From Octopus sinensis (lineage: Eukaryota), in the NCBI RefSeq assembly GCF_006345805.1, contig NC_043007.1, positions 77,314,001 through 77,378,000 of the forward strand: 64,000 nt of DNA. The letters are read 5' to 3'. The position numbers were made by a program, and so were the translations under genes. Shown piece after piece: positions 52,565-64,000 of this stretch (position 1 is its first letter; each line of letters begins with the position of its first letter). Below the pieces are notes generated by a model that was not told the DNA's origin, ran no database searches, and worked only from the letters and a program-made list of their open reading frames with translations.

Positions 52565-53561
52565 CCGTCTTCCTCCCCCTCATCGTCATCCTTACTACTT
52601 TATTCCTGTTTGTTTTTTCTTCTTCCCTTTCCAGTGTTTTACATGTAAAACCCTCTCCATAATTACTTTAACATAGTATAACAATTCAAACACAAGCATA
52701 TTTATGTAATACATTTTATGATTTATTTTCTCAATATATATATTTTTTTAATTGATGTCTTTGTTCCTTTCTTAAAGATTTGGCTAGAAAAATACACAAG
52801 AAGGCGGAATGGTAGTGGTTAAATGCGATCCTTCTCTTTTCGATTTTCGTTCGTTCGATGCGAACACGCATAGAAAGAAGACAAGGATGGTATCTAAGCT
52901 ATGCAGCAGATGTCTCAGAGTCTCTTGTGAAAGAAAGCATAGCTCTAAACCTTCTCTTACTCCCTTTTTTTCATTCGGCGGTAGTATCAGATGACATTGC
53001 ATTCTAACATTAGATTCATTGTTTTCACAGATGGTCAGCTAACTAGATCTTCTAAGAATGTATGTTGAACACATCAAGATTCTCAGCTGAATTGGCCTGT
53101 GACAATTAACACAGTTTTCAAGTCCTATGTCTTGGATGCTGATGAGAAATATAACAGCAGGGGAGAAGAAACAGCCTGCTGGGTGGTGATAATGTTGAGT
53201 TTTGAGAGCATAATTAGTTATGTCACTTATGTTCGTTTGTCTTATAACGTCTTTGTAAAATACTTCCGATAAGGCTCCACGAGATTTCACTGACATCGGG
53301 CTGTAGCTTTTTTTTAGTCTTTTATTAAAATTTAAAAAAATAAGAATAAAACCCTTAAAAATCCTAACAAACTTCAATCCACATAGTAACGATAAATTTC
53401 GATTCAAGATCTCTTTGTTTTCAGTCCTTTAATATTGGTTTCAAATTTTGGCACAAGGCCAGCAATTCCGGGAGAGAGATTATGTCGATTACATTGACCC
53501 CCCCAGTCCTCAACTGGTACTTATTTTATCGACCCTGAAATGATGACGGATCTAGTTTTTT

Positions 53562-54499
53562 TCATTCGCAAAATATGCATTTTTTTAAATGACAGTAAAA
53601 AAATCTGAAAATCGGCTATAATGATGTAGCCTTCCAGTCTCATTGCTTTGAAGGTATGATGTTGTGGAGAAACAAGTTGAAGAAAAAAGTTACAGTGGTT
53701 TAAATATTGAAAAACCGTATATTTTTAGCCAATAGCGAGGCAGAAATTTCCCGCGTTTAGCGGAGCGGTGTCAACTTTAAGGATGTACCCTGTGAAATTT
53801 AGAGTTTAGCGTTTGACCTGTTCACTGTAGGTTTCTAAATAAACAGAAACACCTAATAAAATCAACACGTATCATCTTACTGTTTCTTTTATTTCTTTTA
53901 TGTGGGCTAAATTTCAGTTAAGCTGTTGAAATGTGAAGCTAACGGTTTAAGAAATACTCCTAATTTAAATTTTTATGCACAGAATTAACCTAGTGAAATC
54001 CTAAATACGGCTATCTGAGTTAATGAGTCCCAAAAATATATGAAATAAAATATACATATAAACATACTAACATACAGAAAAGAGCACAGAAAAATACTAA
54101 CACACAGAAAAAAGCACAGAAAAATACTCACACACAGAAGCACAGAAAAATATTTAATATACTAACAAATAGAAAAGTTAAAACAAAACGCGCGGGTGAA
54201 AAGAATCTCGTGATGTGAAGAATTAAGTGTGAAAAATCAACATAGACAACAGCAGCACAAACAACAGAGAACCACAACACAGCGTGTGGTTGCCATGGTA
54301 ACAAGCTGCTAATGCCAAGCTGTCTGTTGATTGGCTAAAATTACTTAAATTTCTCAACTTTAATGCCAAATAAAATCAGATTCTTTAATTTACGAGATAA
54401 AGTAATTGGTTGATCGTAATCAAAATTCAGAGTTGCATTGATACACCAAAATTGAATGCAATCTGAGCAAAATTAAGGTGGGGCTCATTTTGCGAATGA
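53562..54499. mobile_element. ~940 bp non-coding TIR element interrupting an old SINE B
   Basis: Perfect 13 bp inverted termini TCATTCGCAAAAT / ATTTTGCGAATGA. SINE B sequence stops at ~53546 and resumes at ~54500. Confidence 0.65.
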
Positions 54500-54569
54500 G
54501 GAATTTCAACTCAGAACATGAAGACGGACGAAATGCCGCTAAGCATTTTGACCAGTGTGCTAACGACTC

Positions 54570-55355
54570 TTTTCTACTCTAGGTACAAGGCCTGAAATTT
54601 TGTGGGAGAGGGCCAGTCGATTAGATTGACCCCAATATGCAGCTGGTACTTAATTTATCGACCCTGAAAGAATGAAAGGCGAAGTCGACTCGGCGGAATT
54701 TGAACTCAGAACGTAAAGATAGTCGAAATACCTATTTCTTTACTACCCACAAGGGGCTAAACATAGAGAGGACAAACAAGGACAGACAAACGGATTAAGT
54801 CGATTATATCGACCCCAGTGCGTAACTGGTACTTATTTAATCGACCTCGAAAGGATGAAAGCAAAGTCAACCTCGGCGAAATTTGAACCCAGAACGTAAC
54901 GGCAGACGAAATACCGCTAAGCATTTCGCCCGGCGTGCTAACGTTTCTGTCAGCTCGCCCCCTTGGTGTGCTAACGTTTCTGCTAACGTTCCTGCAAGCT
55001 CACTGCCTCAATATTTATTTCTTTATTGCCTACAAGGGACTGAACACAGAGGTTACGAACAAGGACAGACAAAAAGATTAAGTCATTTACATCGACTCAG
55101 TGCGTAATTGGTACTTATTTAATCGACCCCGAAAGGATGAAAAGCAAAGTCGACCTCAGCGGAATTTGAGCTCAGAACGTAAAGACTGACGAAATACTTA
55201 TTTCATTACTACCCACAAGGGACTAAACACAGAGAGAACAAACAAGGACAGACAAACGGATTACGTCAATTACATCAACCCCAGTGCGTAACTGGTACTT
55301 AATTTATCGACCCCGAAAGGATGAAAGGCAAAGTCGACCTCGGCGGAATTTGAAC
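54570..55355 (-). mobile_element. Head-to-tail array of four full or partial SINE B units
   Basis: Repeated B bodies with junctions cgaaatac(c/t)|tatttc at ~54731 and ~55198. Confidence 0.85.
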
Positions 55356-55688
55356 AAATAATTAATACAACCAAATAGTGTTATGTCTATGTAACATAAC
55401 AATGATCAGTAATTAGACCTTGTTACGTAACTAATCAGTGGCATCACAATGTTACACCACTGACCAGTGACACTAAAGTATCATACAACTAACCAACGAC
55501 ATTGCACTGTTACAATACTGCCACACTGACGCAGTGGTTGTCTACATGGGTCCATTTAGCCCTTGTGGGTCTATATAAGGCTTTTTGTTAAAATTTATGA
55601 GCAATAAATTGCTTATACTTTTCAATACAATTGTGTTTTAACAATTTTTAAAAATACGACTAATAATATCATTTATATTATTTACATT

Positions 55689-56225
55689 AAGTGGTTAAGG
55701 GCGCGGGCTACTAACCTCAAGATTCCATGTTCGATTCAGGCAGTGACCGGAATAATAATATTAATAATAATACTAATAACAACAACAACAACAATAGTAA
55801 TAATTTTTTTCTTTTTTTTTTACTACCCACAAGGAGCTAAACACAGAGGAGACAAACAAGGACAGACAAACGGATTAAGTCGATTACATCGACCCTAGTG
55901 CGTAACTGGTACTTAATTTATCGATCCCGAAAGGATGAAAGGCAAAGTCGACCTCGGCGGAATTTGAACTCAGAACGTAACGGCAGACGAAATACGGCTA
56001 CGCATTTCGCCCGGCGTGCTAACGTTTCTGCCAGCTCAACATCGAAAACTACCTTAGGAATGAGAACACAGGTTCGAAATTTCCCCATGACACCCGATGA
56101 AGGCTGGAGGGTATATCAGCCGAATTGTTGTTGTTAGCAACAAACAAAATGAGGACAAATATCCATCAAATGTAAATAATGTAAGTAATGTACATAGTTC
56201 CTCATCTCTTAAATATAGAATTGTA
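55689..56225 (+). mobile_element. tRNA-headed element carrying a degenerate hammerhead motif, interrupted by a SINE B (55815-56037, minus strand)
   Basis: Head agtggttaagggcgcgggctactaacc...gttcgattc, then (TAA/CAA)n, then GACAC-CCGATGA-A-GGCTG(10 nt)CAGCC-GAAT-TG-TT-GTTGTT at 56089-56135. Confidence 0.6.
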
Positions 56226-57447
56226 CAACTAATAATATTCAGTAACATAATTACTTAATAGGATTTTTTAAACATCGAATAAAAAATGGGTCAGAACCAC
56301 TGCTCAAACGAAACGAGGGTGTGACATTGTATCATGCCATAATTGTGACCCGAGCAGGAAGCGATTGCCTTGTAATACTATAATACGATGCACTTGTAAT
56401 ACTATAATACGATGTACCATAGCACTGCACCACTGACAAATGAGTGCAGAAACACAACGATATAATATCCAAGTTTATCATTGCCATGATATTCTCGTAT
56501 ATCAAAATAGCCACAAGTGGAAAGAAGAATAATCTAATATTATAGCGGTATAAATTCGATATGGCGAATACCGTAAACTGGGGTTAACATCTCACAGTTT
56601 CTTGTGTACTGAGTTAGAAGAAACTAATATAAATAAATTCTCAGAATATTTGTTCAAGATATCGGCTTTATTTCCACCGATTAAGCAAAATCCGATTCTG
56701 CTGTTTACTGTATTATTAAGTGTAATTTATTATTTAATTGTGAATCACGACTACTCCATAGAAACCACAGCTAATTAGAAATTATAGCTCTAATTAATTA
56801 GCAATTCGTTATCAGTGTTATGTGTTATGTCTTTTCACATAGCTAGTAGTTTATAGCCTGGCTTTCACTAAGATTAATGTTAATAATATAATGAGCTAAT
56901 GTAGTGTAGAATAATGGATGTCAGAGCCTATCGAGCGACCGCTGTTCTTGTTATACAGTTTCGATTCTCGGCTATAAACGTTTAATAGCATTGTGTTTCT
57001 TAAATAGCTTAATTAAAGGAGGAAGGGCAGCGCCCAAGATAATTTACAGGGTCTCTGAGACTGGTGGGAAAAGAGAGAGAGAGAGAGAGCAATTAATTTT
57101 GTGAAACGCTTTGAAGAGTTTAGTCGAATAAATCGCTCCAGTATTTATTATTTTTTTGTAAAGTTTAGTACTTGTTTTATTGGCTTCTTTTTTTGCCGAA
57201 CCGTTAAAATAGGATGGCGTAAACAAACTAACGCTGGTTATCAGATGGCGTGGTGGACTAAAACGCAAACACACACACACACAATGCGGTTTTTTCAATT
57301 GCATGAGCTAAAAGTCTTAGTGGGGCGGGATAAAGTACCTGTATCAACTTGCTATAAAAGCAGGTAGTAATTTCACCTTGTACTTATTCTTAGTGCAAGT
57401 TTTGAAGAGTGCAGTTCGATTTTAACAATTATTTTTTCAATGCTATA

Positions 57448-58320
57448 ATGGAAGTGACAAAGGGGCATATTCAGCATATTTTGCTTTATGCGTTCAATAA
57501 GGGTAACAACGCAATGCAAAGTGCGAGGAATAATAATGCAGTATTTGGGGCTAGTATCAACGGTGGTTCCAGAAATTCCGAGCTGGAAACTACAGCCTAG
57601 AAGATGACCCTCGTCCTGGAAGATCTGTAGAGCTCGACGAGGACGCTCTGCAAACCCTGGTGGAACAAAATCCAATCGTAACTGCTGAGGAACCAGCAGG
57701 GAAACTTGGATTTGGTCATTCCACCATTGATCGACACCTGCGTGCCATCGGAAAGGTCAGTAAACTGGGTCAATGGGTTCCTCATAAACGTTCTGGGTCC
57801 AATTGTGCGCAGACAGTGAATGTATGTTCTTCTTTGTTGCCACGTCTCACGAATGAACTTTTTTTTGACCGAATAGTACTGGTGACGAGAAATGGGCTTT
57901 CTATAAAAATGTCAAGCGCTGAAGGAAAGGGAAAGAAGGTTTTTCACACGCGTAAGATGATGTTATCTATTTGGTGGGATACGAATGGTTTAGTCCGCGT
58001 TGATCTTTTAAACCCAAACCAAACGATAACAAATGCTGATCTACTGCAAGCAACTTGAATGGCTTAGGTCAGTGCTTGAAGAAAAACGATCATCTTTGGT
58101 TTTAAGACGAAAGGTGCTCTTCCATCAGGATAAAGCTCGACCACATACAACAAGGGTGACATTCCAAAGGCTGGAGCAAACTGAATAGGAAACGATGCTC
58201 CGCCCACCATATTCGCCGGACATTGCCCCATCTGATTATCATTTATTCGGCAGTTTTCAAAATCGTTTGGACGGAAAAAGTATAAATTCTATAGACGAAG
58301 TCAGAACAGTACGGGAGGAG
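57448..58320 (+). pseudogene. Mariner (DD34D) transposase pseudogene, frameshifted and 3'-truncated
   Basis: MEVTKGHIQHILLYAFNKG, QRWFQKFRAGNYSLEDDPRPGR, WVPHK, KMMLSIWWD, FHQDKARPHT, PPYSPDIAPSDYHLF. Confidence 0.93.
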
Positions 58321-58455
58321 TGTATATATATATAATATATAATATATATATATATATATAATATGTGTGTGTGGTTGGTGTGTGTGTGTGTATGTGTGTG
58401 TTGGTGTGTGTGTGGTGTGTGAGTGTGATTGTGTGTGTGTGACGCATGTAATATG

Positions 58456-58506
<51 letters not shown>

Positions 58507-58524
58507 TTTATATATATATATATA

Positions 58525-59374
58525 CGAGGTCTGAGCAATAAGTATCCGGACTGTTACTATAGTAACGAAACTAGAGCACGCAGAGTGGTGCATTAAATTT
58601 TAACGTTCTAGCTCACTTCCGCTGTTTACTGCAGTGCTTGGAAGGAACGTGTGTGGCGTGTGCGTCGTATTGACGATGACAGAGAAACTTGTCATGGTGA
58701 TACCTGCTCAGAAGTCTACGCAAAGTTACAGAAAGTGAATGGAGAAAAGTGTATGAGCCGCATACAAGTGTACGAGTGCTTCAGACGTTTCCAAAATGAC
58801 AGAAAAAATCTCGATATTGATGAATGTTCTGGGAGACCCGCAGCCAGCAGAACTGAGAAAAACATCGCAGATGTACGTTCAGCTGTGAGGCGAAATCGTC
58901 GAATCCACATCCGTGAGTTATCAGAGGATGTGAAGATTAGTTACGGTTCAGTTCAGTCCAATATCACTGAAGATTTGTGTATGAGACAGTTGTCTGCCAA
59001 GTTCGTGCCAAAACTGCTTTCAGCTGACCAAAAAGACATTCGGGTTTCAGTTGCACAAACTCTCCTTAATTGTGTCGAGAACGATGAAAACTTTTTGAAA
59101 ACTTTGCGTAGGTCTGAATAGGTATCGCCAAGCTTTTAGCAAAATTTGATGCAGATTCTCTGCTCAACTTTCTCTGTCATGGTCAATGCAATAATCGCAC
59201 GTTACATAACATCCTTCCAAGCACTGCTGTAAATAGCAGAAGTGAGCTAGAACGTTAAAACTTAGTGCACATGCACAGCAGAGATCAAGGATAATATGTG
59301 CCAAGCAGCTTCACTCTGCGTGCTTTTGCTTCGTTACTATGGCAACAGTCCGGATATTTATTAGTCAGATCACC
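58525..59374. mobile_element. Second mariner derivative (different subfamily) made of two inverted 5' ends; TA flanks
   Basis: Inverted arms of >=165 bp. The + strand encodes HTH1/HTH2 up to SAKFVPKLLS. The - strand from 59180 encodes MTEKVEQRICIKFC*KLGDTYS. Confidence 0.88.
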
Positions 59375-59431
59375 TATACATACACACAAACACACACACA
59401 CACACACACACACATCTACACACACACACCA

Positions 59432-59556
59432 CAGTAATGTCTCGATATACGAGTCAATTCGTTCTGGAGAATGCTCGTAAACAGGAAATATAACTCGGAA
59501 AGGCTCGTAAACTGAGTATCTCGTATAGCGGGTCCTCGTAAAGTGAGGTATTACTG
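59432..59556. mobile_element. pogo/Tigger-like MITE
   Basis: Termini CAGTAATGTCTCGATATACGAG / CTCGTAAAGTGAGGTATTACTG(TA), with internal ctcgta subterminal repeats. Confidence 0.65.
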
Positions 59557-60449
59557 TAAGTATATATATAATTCTTAAACAAGAATATAATCCTATTTCG
59601 GCCAGTTAAGTCATCGTCCGACGATGGTTTATTTTGAAGTCACTGTCAATGATATTCTTGTTTAAGAATAATAAATTTAATTAAAATTTAAAAGTTGAAG
59701 TGAATCTAACGGTTTTTGTGTGTCTCTTAAATGGCTTATAAACACCTTCCACGCTGAAATTGTTTAATAATAAATTTGTACCTTACGAAAGTATAGAGTA
59801 ACCCGTCAGATTGATGTAAAATTGTTTTAATTATAACTAGACTTAACAAATACACACTCATAAAACTTTCTATCCACAGAGCCACGATGGTGATGATGAT
59901 GATCATGGTGAGATAGATCTCAATTACACCTCATCCTCCTCGTAACTACAAGCCGAATATATTTATAGCAATCGTAAGGGTTAACCAGCGCGAGTGTTGT
60001 GTTGAGAATAGGGTATAGTGCACAGCTGGTGTCAACGTTCGAACTTCCATCTCTTCTATCAGTGTTTCGATAAATTTATGCAGCATATTAACAAAGAATC
60101 ATTAAGATTCAATTATAATTGAATACAAGAACCAGTTATTATTACTTAAGTAGCATTTTCTATTTTGAAACACAAACCGGTTCAACTAGATGTTAAAGTT
60201 TTGAAAAATCTCACACTAACCCACCAGCATAGAAATAGACGTTTCAAAAAAATGCTTTAAACTTTCTCGTTGTTCAATTATCGAGTTGTCATTGTGTTAG
60301 ATGAAACATTCACAGATAAATGAGTTAAAAAAAGAAACTTTTGTAGCAAATTTCCACATAATTTATTTTTCTCATTAGCAAACGATATGATATATTATTC
60401 ATGTGAGTCAACTTAGTTCCACGTCATACGGTTTGTACTTTGTATTTTT

Positions 60450-60771
60450 TATCTTTTACTTCTTTCAATCATTGGACAGCAGCCAGGCTGGGGAACCTGC
60501 TTCAAGCACTTTAGTCGAAAAAAAAAAAAATCGACATCCCAGTCTTATTCTTTGAAAACCTAGTACTTACTCTATCGGTACCTTTTGCCGAACCGCTAGT
60601 TAGGGAGACGTAAACACACCAACGTCAGGTGTCAAGCGATGGTAGGGGAGACAGCTACAGACAAATCATATCTCTGTATGCATATCTCTGTATGTATATC
60701 TCTGTATGCATATCTCTGTATGCATATAGATGCATACATATGTATCTATGTATGTATATAAGTATATGTAT

Positions 60772-60824
<53 letters not shown>

Positions 60825-61372
60825 TATATATATATATATATGTATATATATACTTCTGTGAGAGTTAGAGCTAGCATGGAGGATATCGTGGCCTCTTGGC
60901 AGAAACGGCCGTAAGGAACTGATCTTTTAATCTTTTGCTCTTTAATGTATACTAGTATATATTTGTGGGCACACAGTCTCTGCATATGTATTCTTATATA
61001 GTCTCTTTTGTTTTGGAATAAATAGACGTAACAGAATGTCTACCGGCTGATGTATGTCATTTTTGCCGTATATATATATATACATGTATATATATATATA
61101 TATATAATATTATATATATATATATAGATTAATAAATATATATATATATATATATATAATAGATAGATAGATAAACACATACATCATACACATACATACA
61201 TGTATATGTATACATATATGTATGTATACGACAGTTTCTGTCTACCATATTTGCCCAAAAGATATTGGTAAGCCCTGTGCTATGGTAAAGACAACTTACC
61301 CAAGGCACCGCGAGGTAAGACTGAACTCATAACCGCTAGGTTGCAAAGTCAGCTTCCTAATCACCCAGCCAT
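60450..61372 (-). mobile_element. Old SINE family A split by an expanded centre containing microsatellites and an insert
   Basis: Tail half at 60450-60660 and head half at 61228-61372 are colinear with the A consensus. Confidence 0.6.
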
Positions 61373-61575
61373 GTCTCTGGTTTCCAAACAAGTGGTAGTA
61401 GTTCCATTGAATTTTGTTTTCGCTCTTTTTAGGCTGGGATACAAGGATATCTCAGTGGTATTAATGCGTTAATGTTTGGTCCGTTCAGATTATTGATTAT
61501 GGGAAAGAGTAGACAGGGAAAACGCTGCATGCGAATGCTATTGAAGATGATCAGGAAAAATATATAATAGGCATA

Positions 61576-61890
61576 TGATGATGATCATCATCGTCTTCAG
61601 CATCATCATCAACAACATCGTCATCATCTTCATCATCATCATCATCATCGTCTTCATCATCTTCATCATCTTCATCATCTTCTTCATCTACATCATCGTC
61701 AACCACCACCACCACCACCACCACTACCAACAACACCAACAACAACAACAACAACAACAACAACACCACCACCACCACCACCACTACCACCACCACCACC
61801 ACCGCCGCCACCACCGCCGCCACCACCGCCGCCACCGCCGCCACCGCCACAACCGCCGCCGCCGCCACCACCACCACAATCACCACATCA
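61576..61890. repeat. Compound (CAT/CAC/CAA/CGC)n microsatellite
   Basis: Seen directly. Confidence 0.95.
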
Positions 61891-62638
61891 TAATTAAGTG
61901 CCATTTGCTCAGAGTAGGTTGAATACCAAAGATCTCCGTTCGGATCTTCTCTCTGCCATTCTTACACATACACCTTATGATGGTTCGACCCAGTCCTTGA
62001 TGTTATCAAACCAGTTTGTTCTTAGTCCTTCTCTCGAGTGCTTACCGGTTTATCTTTCCTTTTAGTAATTGTATTTTCTTACATTGTGCTCTGACTATGC
62101 TACCAAGCCATTTGAACTTCCTTTATCTAAGCCTCAACAGAAAGAAGTTTAGGAATATGAAAACAAAATATTAAATGTGTTTATTCTGAGTACCATTTTT
62201 TTCATTCTCTAATTTAAAATACAAGCGTCGAAGACCGCCGCAACTTAGCTTAATCTGGAAGGGATTGTTTCCCTTAGGATAGCTGAAACCCAAAGGTACA
62301 CTACATATATAAATTCCCGATCTCCAGAAATGTTATGAAAAAAAATCACGTATTTTTAAAGAAATTTATTGAAAATTTTCATAACATCTGGTCGACCCGA
62401 GGTTATAAAAGAAGAGATTGCCCAAAATGTCATGCAGTGGGACTGAAACCGGAACCAGGAGGTTGGAGGAGCAAACTTTTTATCGTACTTCTACGCCTGC
62501 GCTTATGACAGATAACATCATTTTTTATACAAAATTTTTCATGTTGTTCTGATGTTTCATATATACATTCTATTAGTATATTAATAGGTTGTTAAAAAAA
62601 AAACTCTTTCATTTGCCACACACACACACACACGCACG

Positions 62639-62710
<72 letters not shown>

Positions 62711-63514
62711 GTGCTTGTCGCTTATATCATACGAAATATATGTTAATTTTACATGATATTTCGTTGAAGGTGGAATCAATAGAACAGTAATGTTAGTTTT
62801 GGAATTTACAGCCGTACTAACTGTAATTTTCTAGCTGGTTACGTCAATACTTCATATTAACGCAGATGTCCAGTCAAATGATACGATTATTGCGAATGAT
62901 GCATTATCAGACAACATCTTGTAACAATAAACAAAACAAAACAAACAAACAAACAACAAACAAAAAAAAACGAAAATAAAGCAAAATACAACAGCAAAAC
63001 TATAAACAAACGACAAAAACCTCCTTCAAAAAAACATAAACGAAAATACAAACGAGCAAATTTCAATTGCTGTTTTACATTTGACACAACCATGTTTATA
63101 TGATTCGCTATCCCATTATCAAGATATTTATAATATTAATTCGTAAAAACAGCGAAAATAATTGTATCAGCTGTCTCATTGCTAATATTCTACTCGCTCT
63201 TGTCAAGTCTGAAAGGATATCTATGTTCATATGATGAGGAGAGCAAACTTTAGGTCATAGCTTTTCTCTCTCGGTATATTTACCACGATATTGATTTCTT
63301 ACATAGAGACTAAACCAAAACTAGACGTACATTCATACATGCATGTATATACACATATATAAAATACACACTTATGTATAAATGTATGTGTTGTATGTAA
63401 GCGTATCTATACATGCATACATACATATATATGCATATACAGACTTTCATATAGGTATGCGCATGTATATAATCTATATATGTTATCTATATATATATAT
63501 ATATATATATCATA

Positions 63515-63547
<33 letters not shown>

Positions 63548-64000
63548 ATAGATATATATTATATATATATATATATATGTATATGAGACCAAAGTGTACA
63601 TACGCCGCTATATGTATATAAAAAAGAATACAAAAGTGGACCAGTGGGGACCAGATAAAAACAGGGACGGGTCATCCCAGGTTTTCTTTCGTCAGTCGAA
63701 TTCCAGATTATCTTTGCAGTTTCGGCTGGTTATACTCGAGACTGCTCCAATCTCGGAGGAGCAATCTCGAATATAACTTCGAAGTCACTGTCAATAATAT
63801 ACTTGTTTAAAAATAATATACATACGTATATATGTATATGTACAAACACCTTTCTTCACTTGATCGGCTTGAAAAATTGTTAAGACACTAGGATATTTTC
63901 CTACTTTTCTTAACATGAAACCAATGCTAGCCTTAATTCGCAAATAAAGAAATTATATTCACTAATGCGGTGTTGAACAACCACTATCATCGTTCGACAT

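Noticed and set aside
53001-53064. Possible microexon: TTCTAAC branch site, ttttcacAG acceptor, GTATGT donor 28 nt later
   Set aside because: Such signals arise by chance, the length is not a multiple of three, and there is no supporting neighbouring exon or transcript evidence.

Overview
AT-rich animal genomic DNA dense in microsatellites and repeats. The SINE set and the (TA)n/(CA)n/(TAA)n load look like an octopus (coleoid cephalopod) intergenic or large-intron region; this assignment is an inference from repeat families. I find no intact host protein-coding gene, and most ORF-track entries are translated microsatellites or SINEs. The window holds: five tRNA-headed SINE types (labelled A-E here) in many copies; decayed R4/Dong-type restriction-endonuclease-like (RLE) LINE pieces sitting in microsatellites; a probable L1/Tx1-type ORF1 fragment and LINE 3' end; several mariner remnants, two of them built from inverted 5' halves; hAT-like, pogo-like and Helitron non-autonomous elements; and a ~0.8 kb near-tandem duplication. 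The least expected signal is a set of at least five different minimal type-I hammerhead-ribozyme (HHR) folds at 2768, 8948, 9433, 29033 and 56089, plus a weaker one at 9617. They lie in short non-coding elements that are mostly (TA)n-associated and often palindromic. One is fused to a tRNA-like Pol III head, which suggests a Penelope-dependent retrozyme/SINE system. All folds and alignments were read by eye, so boundaries are approximate.
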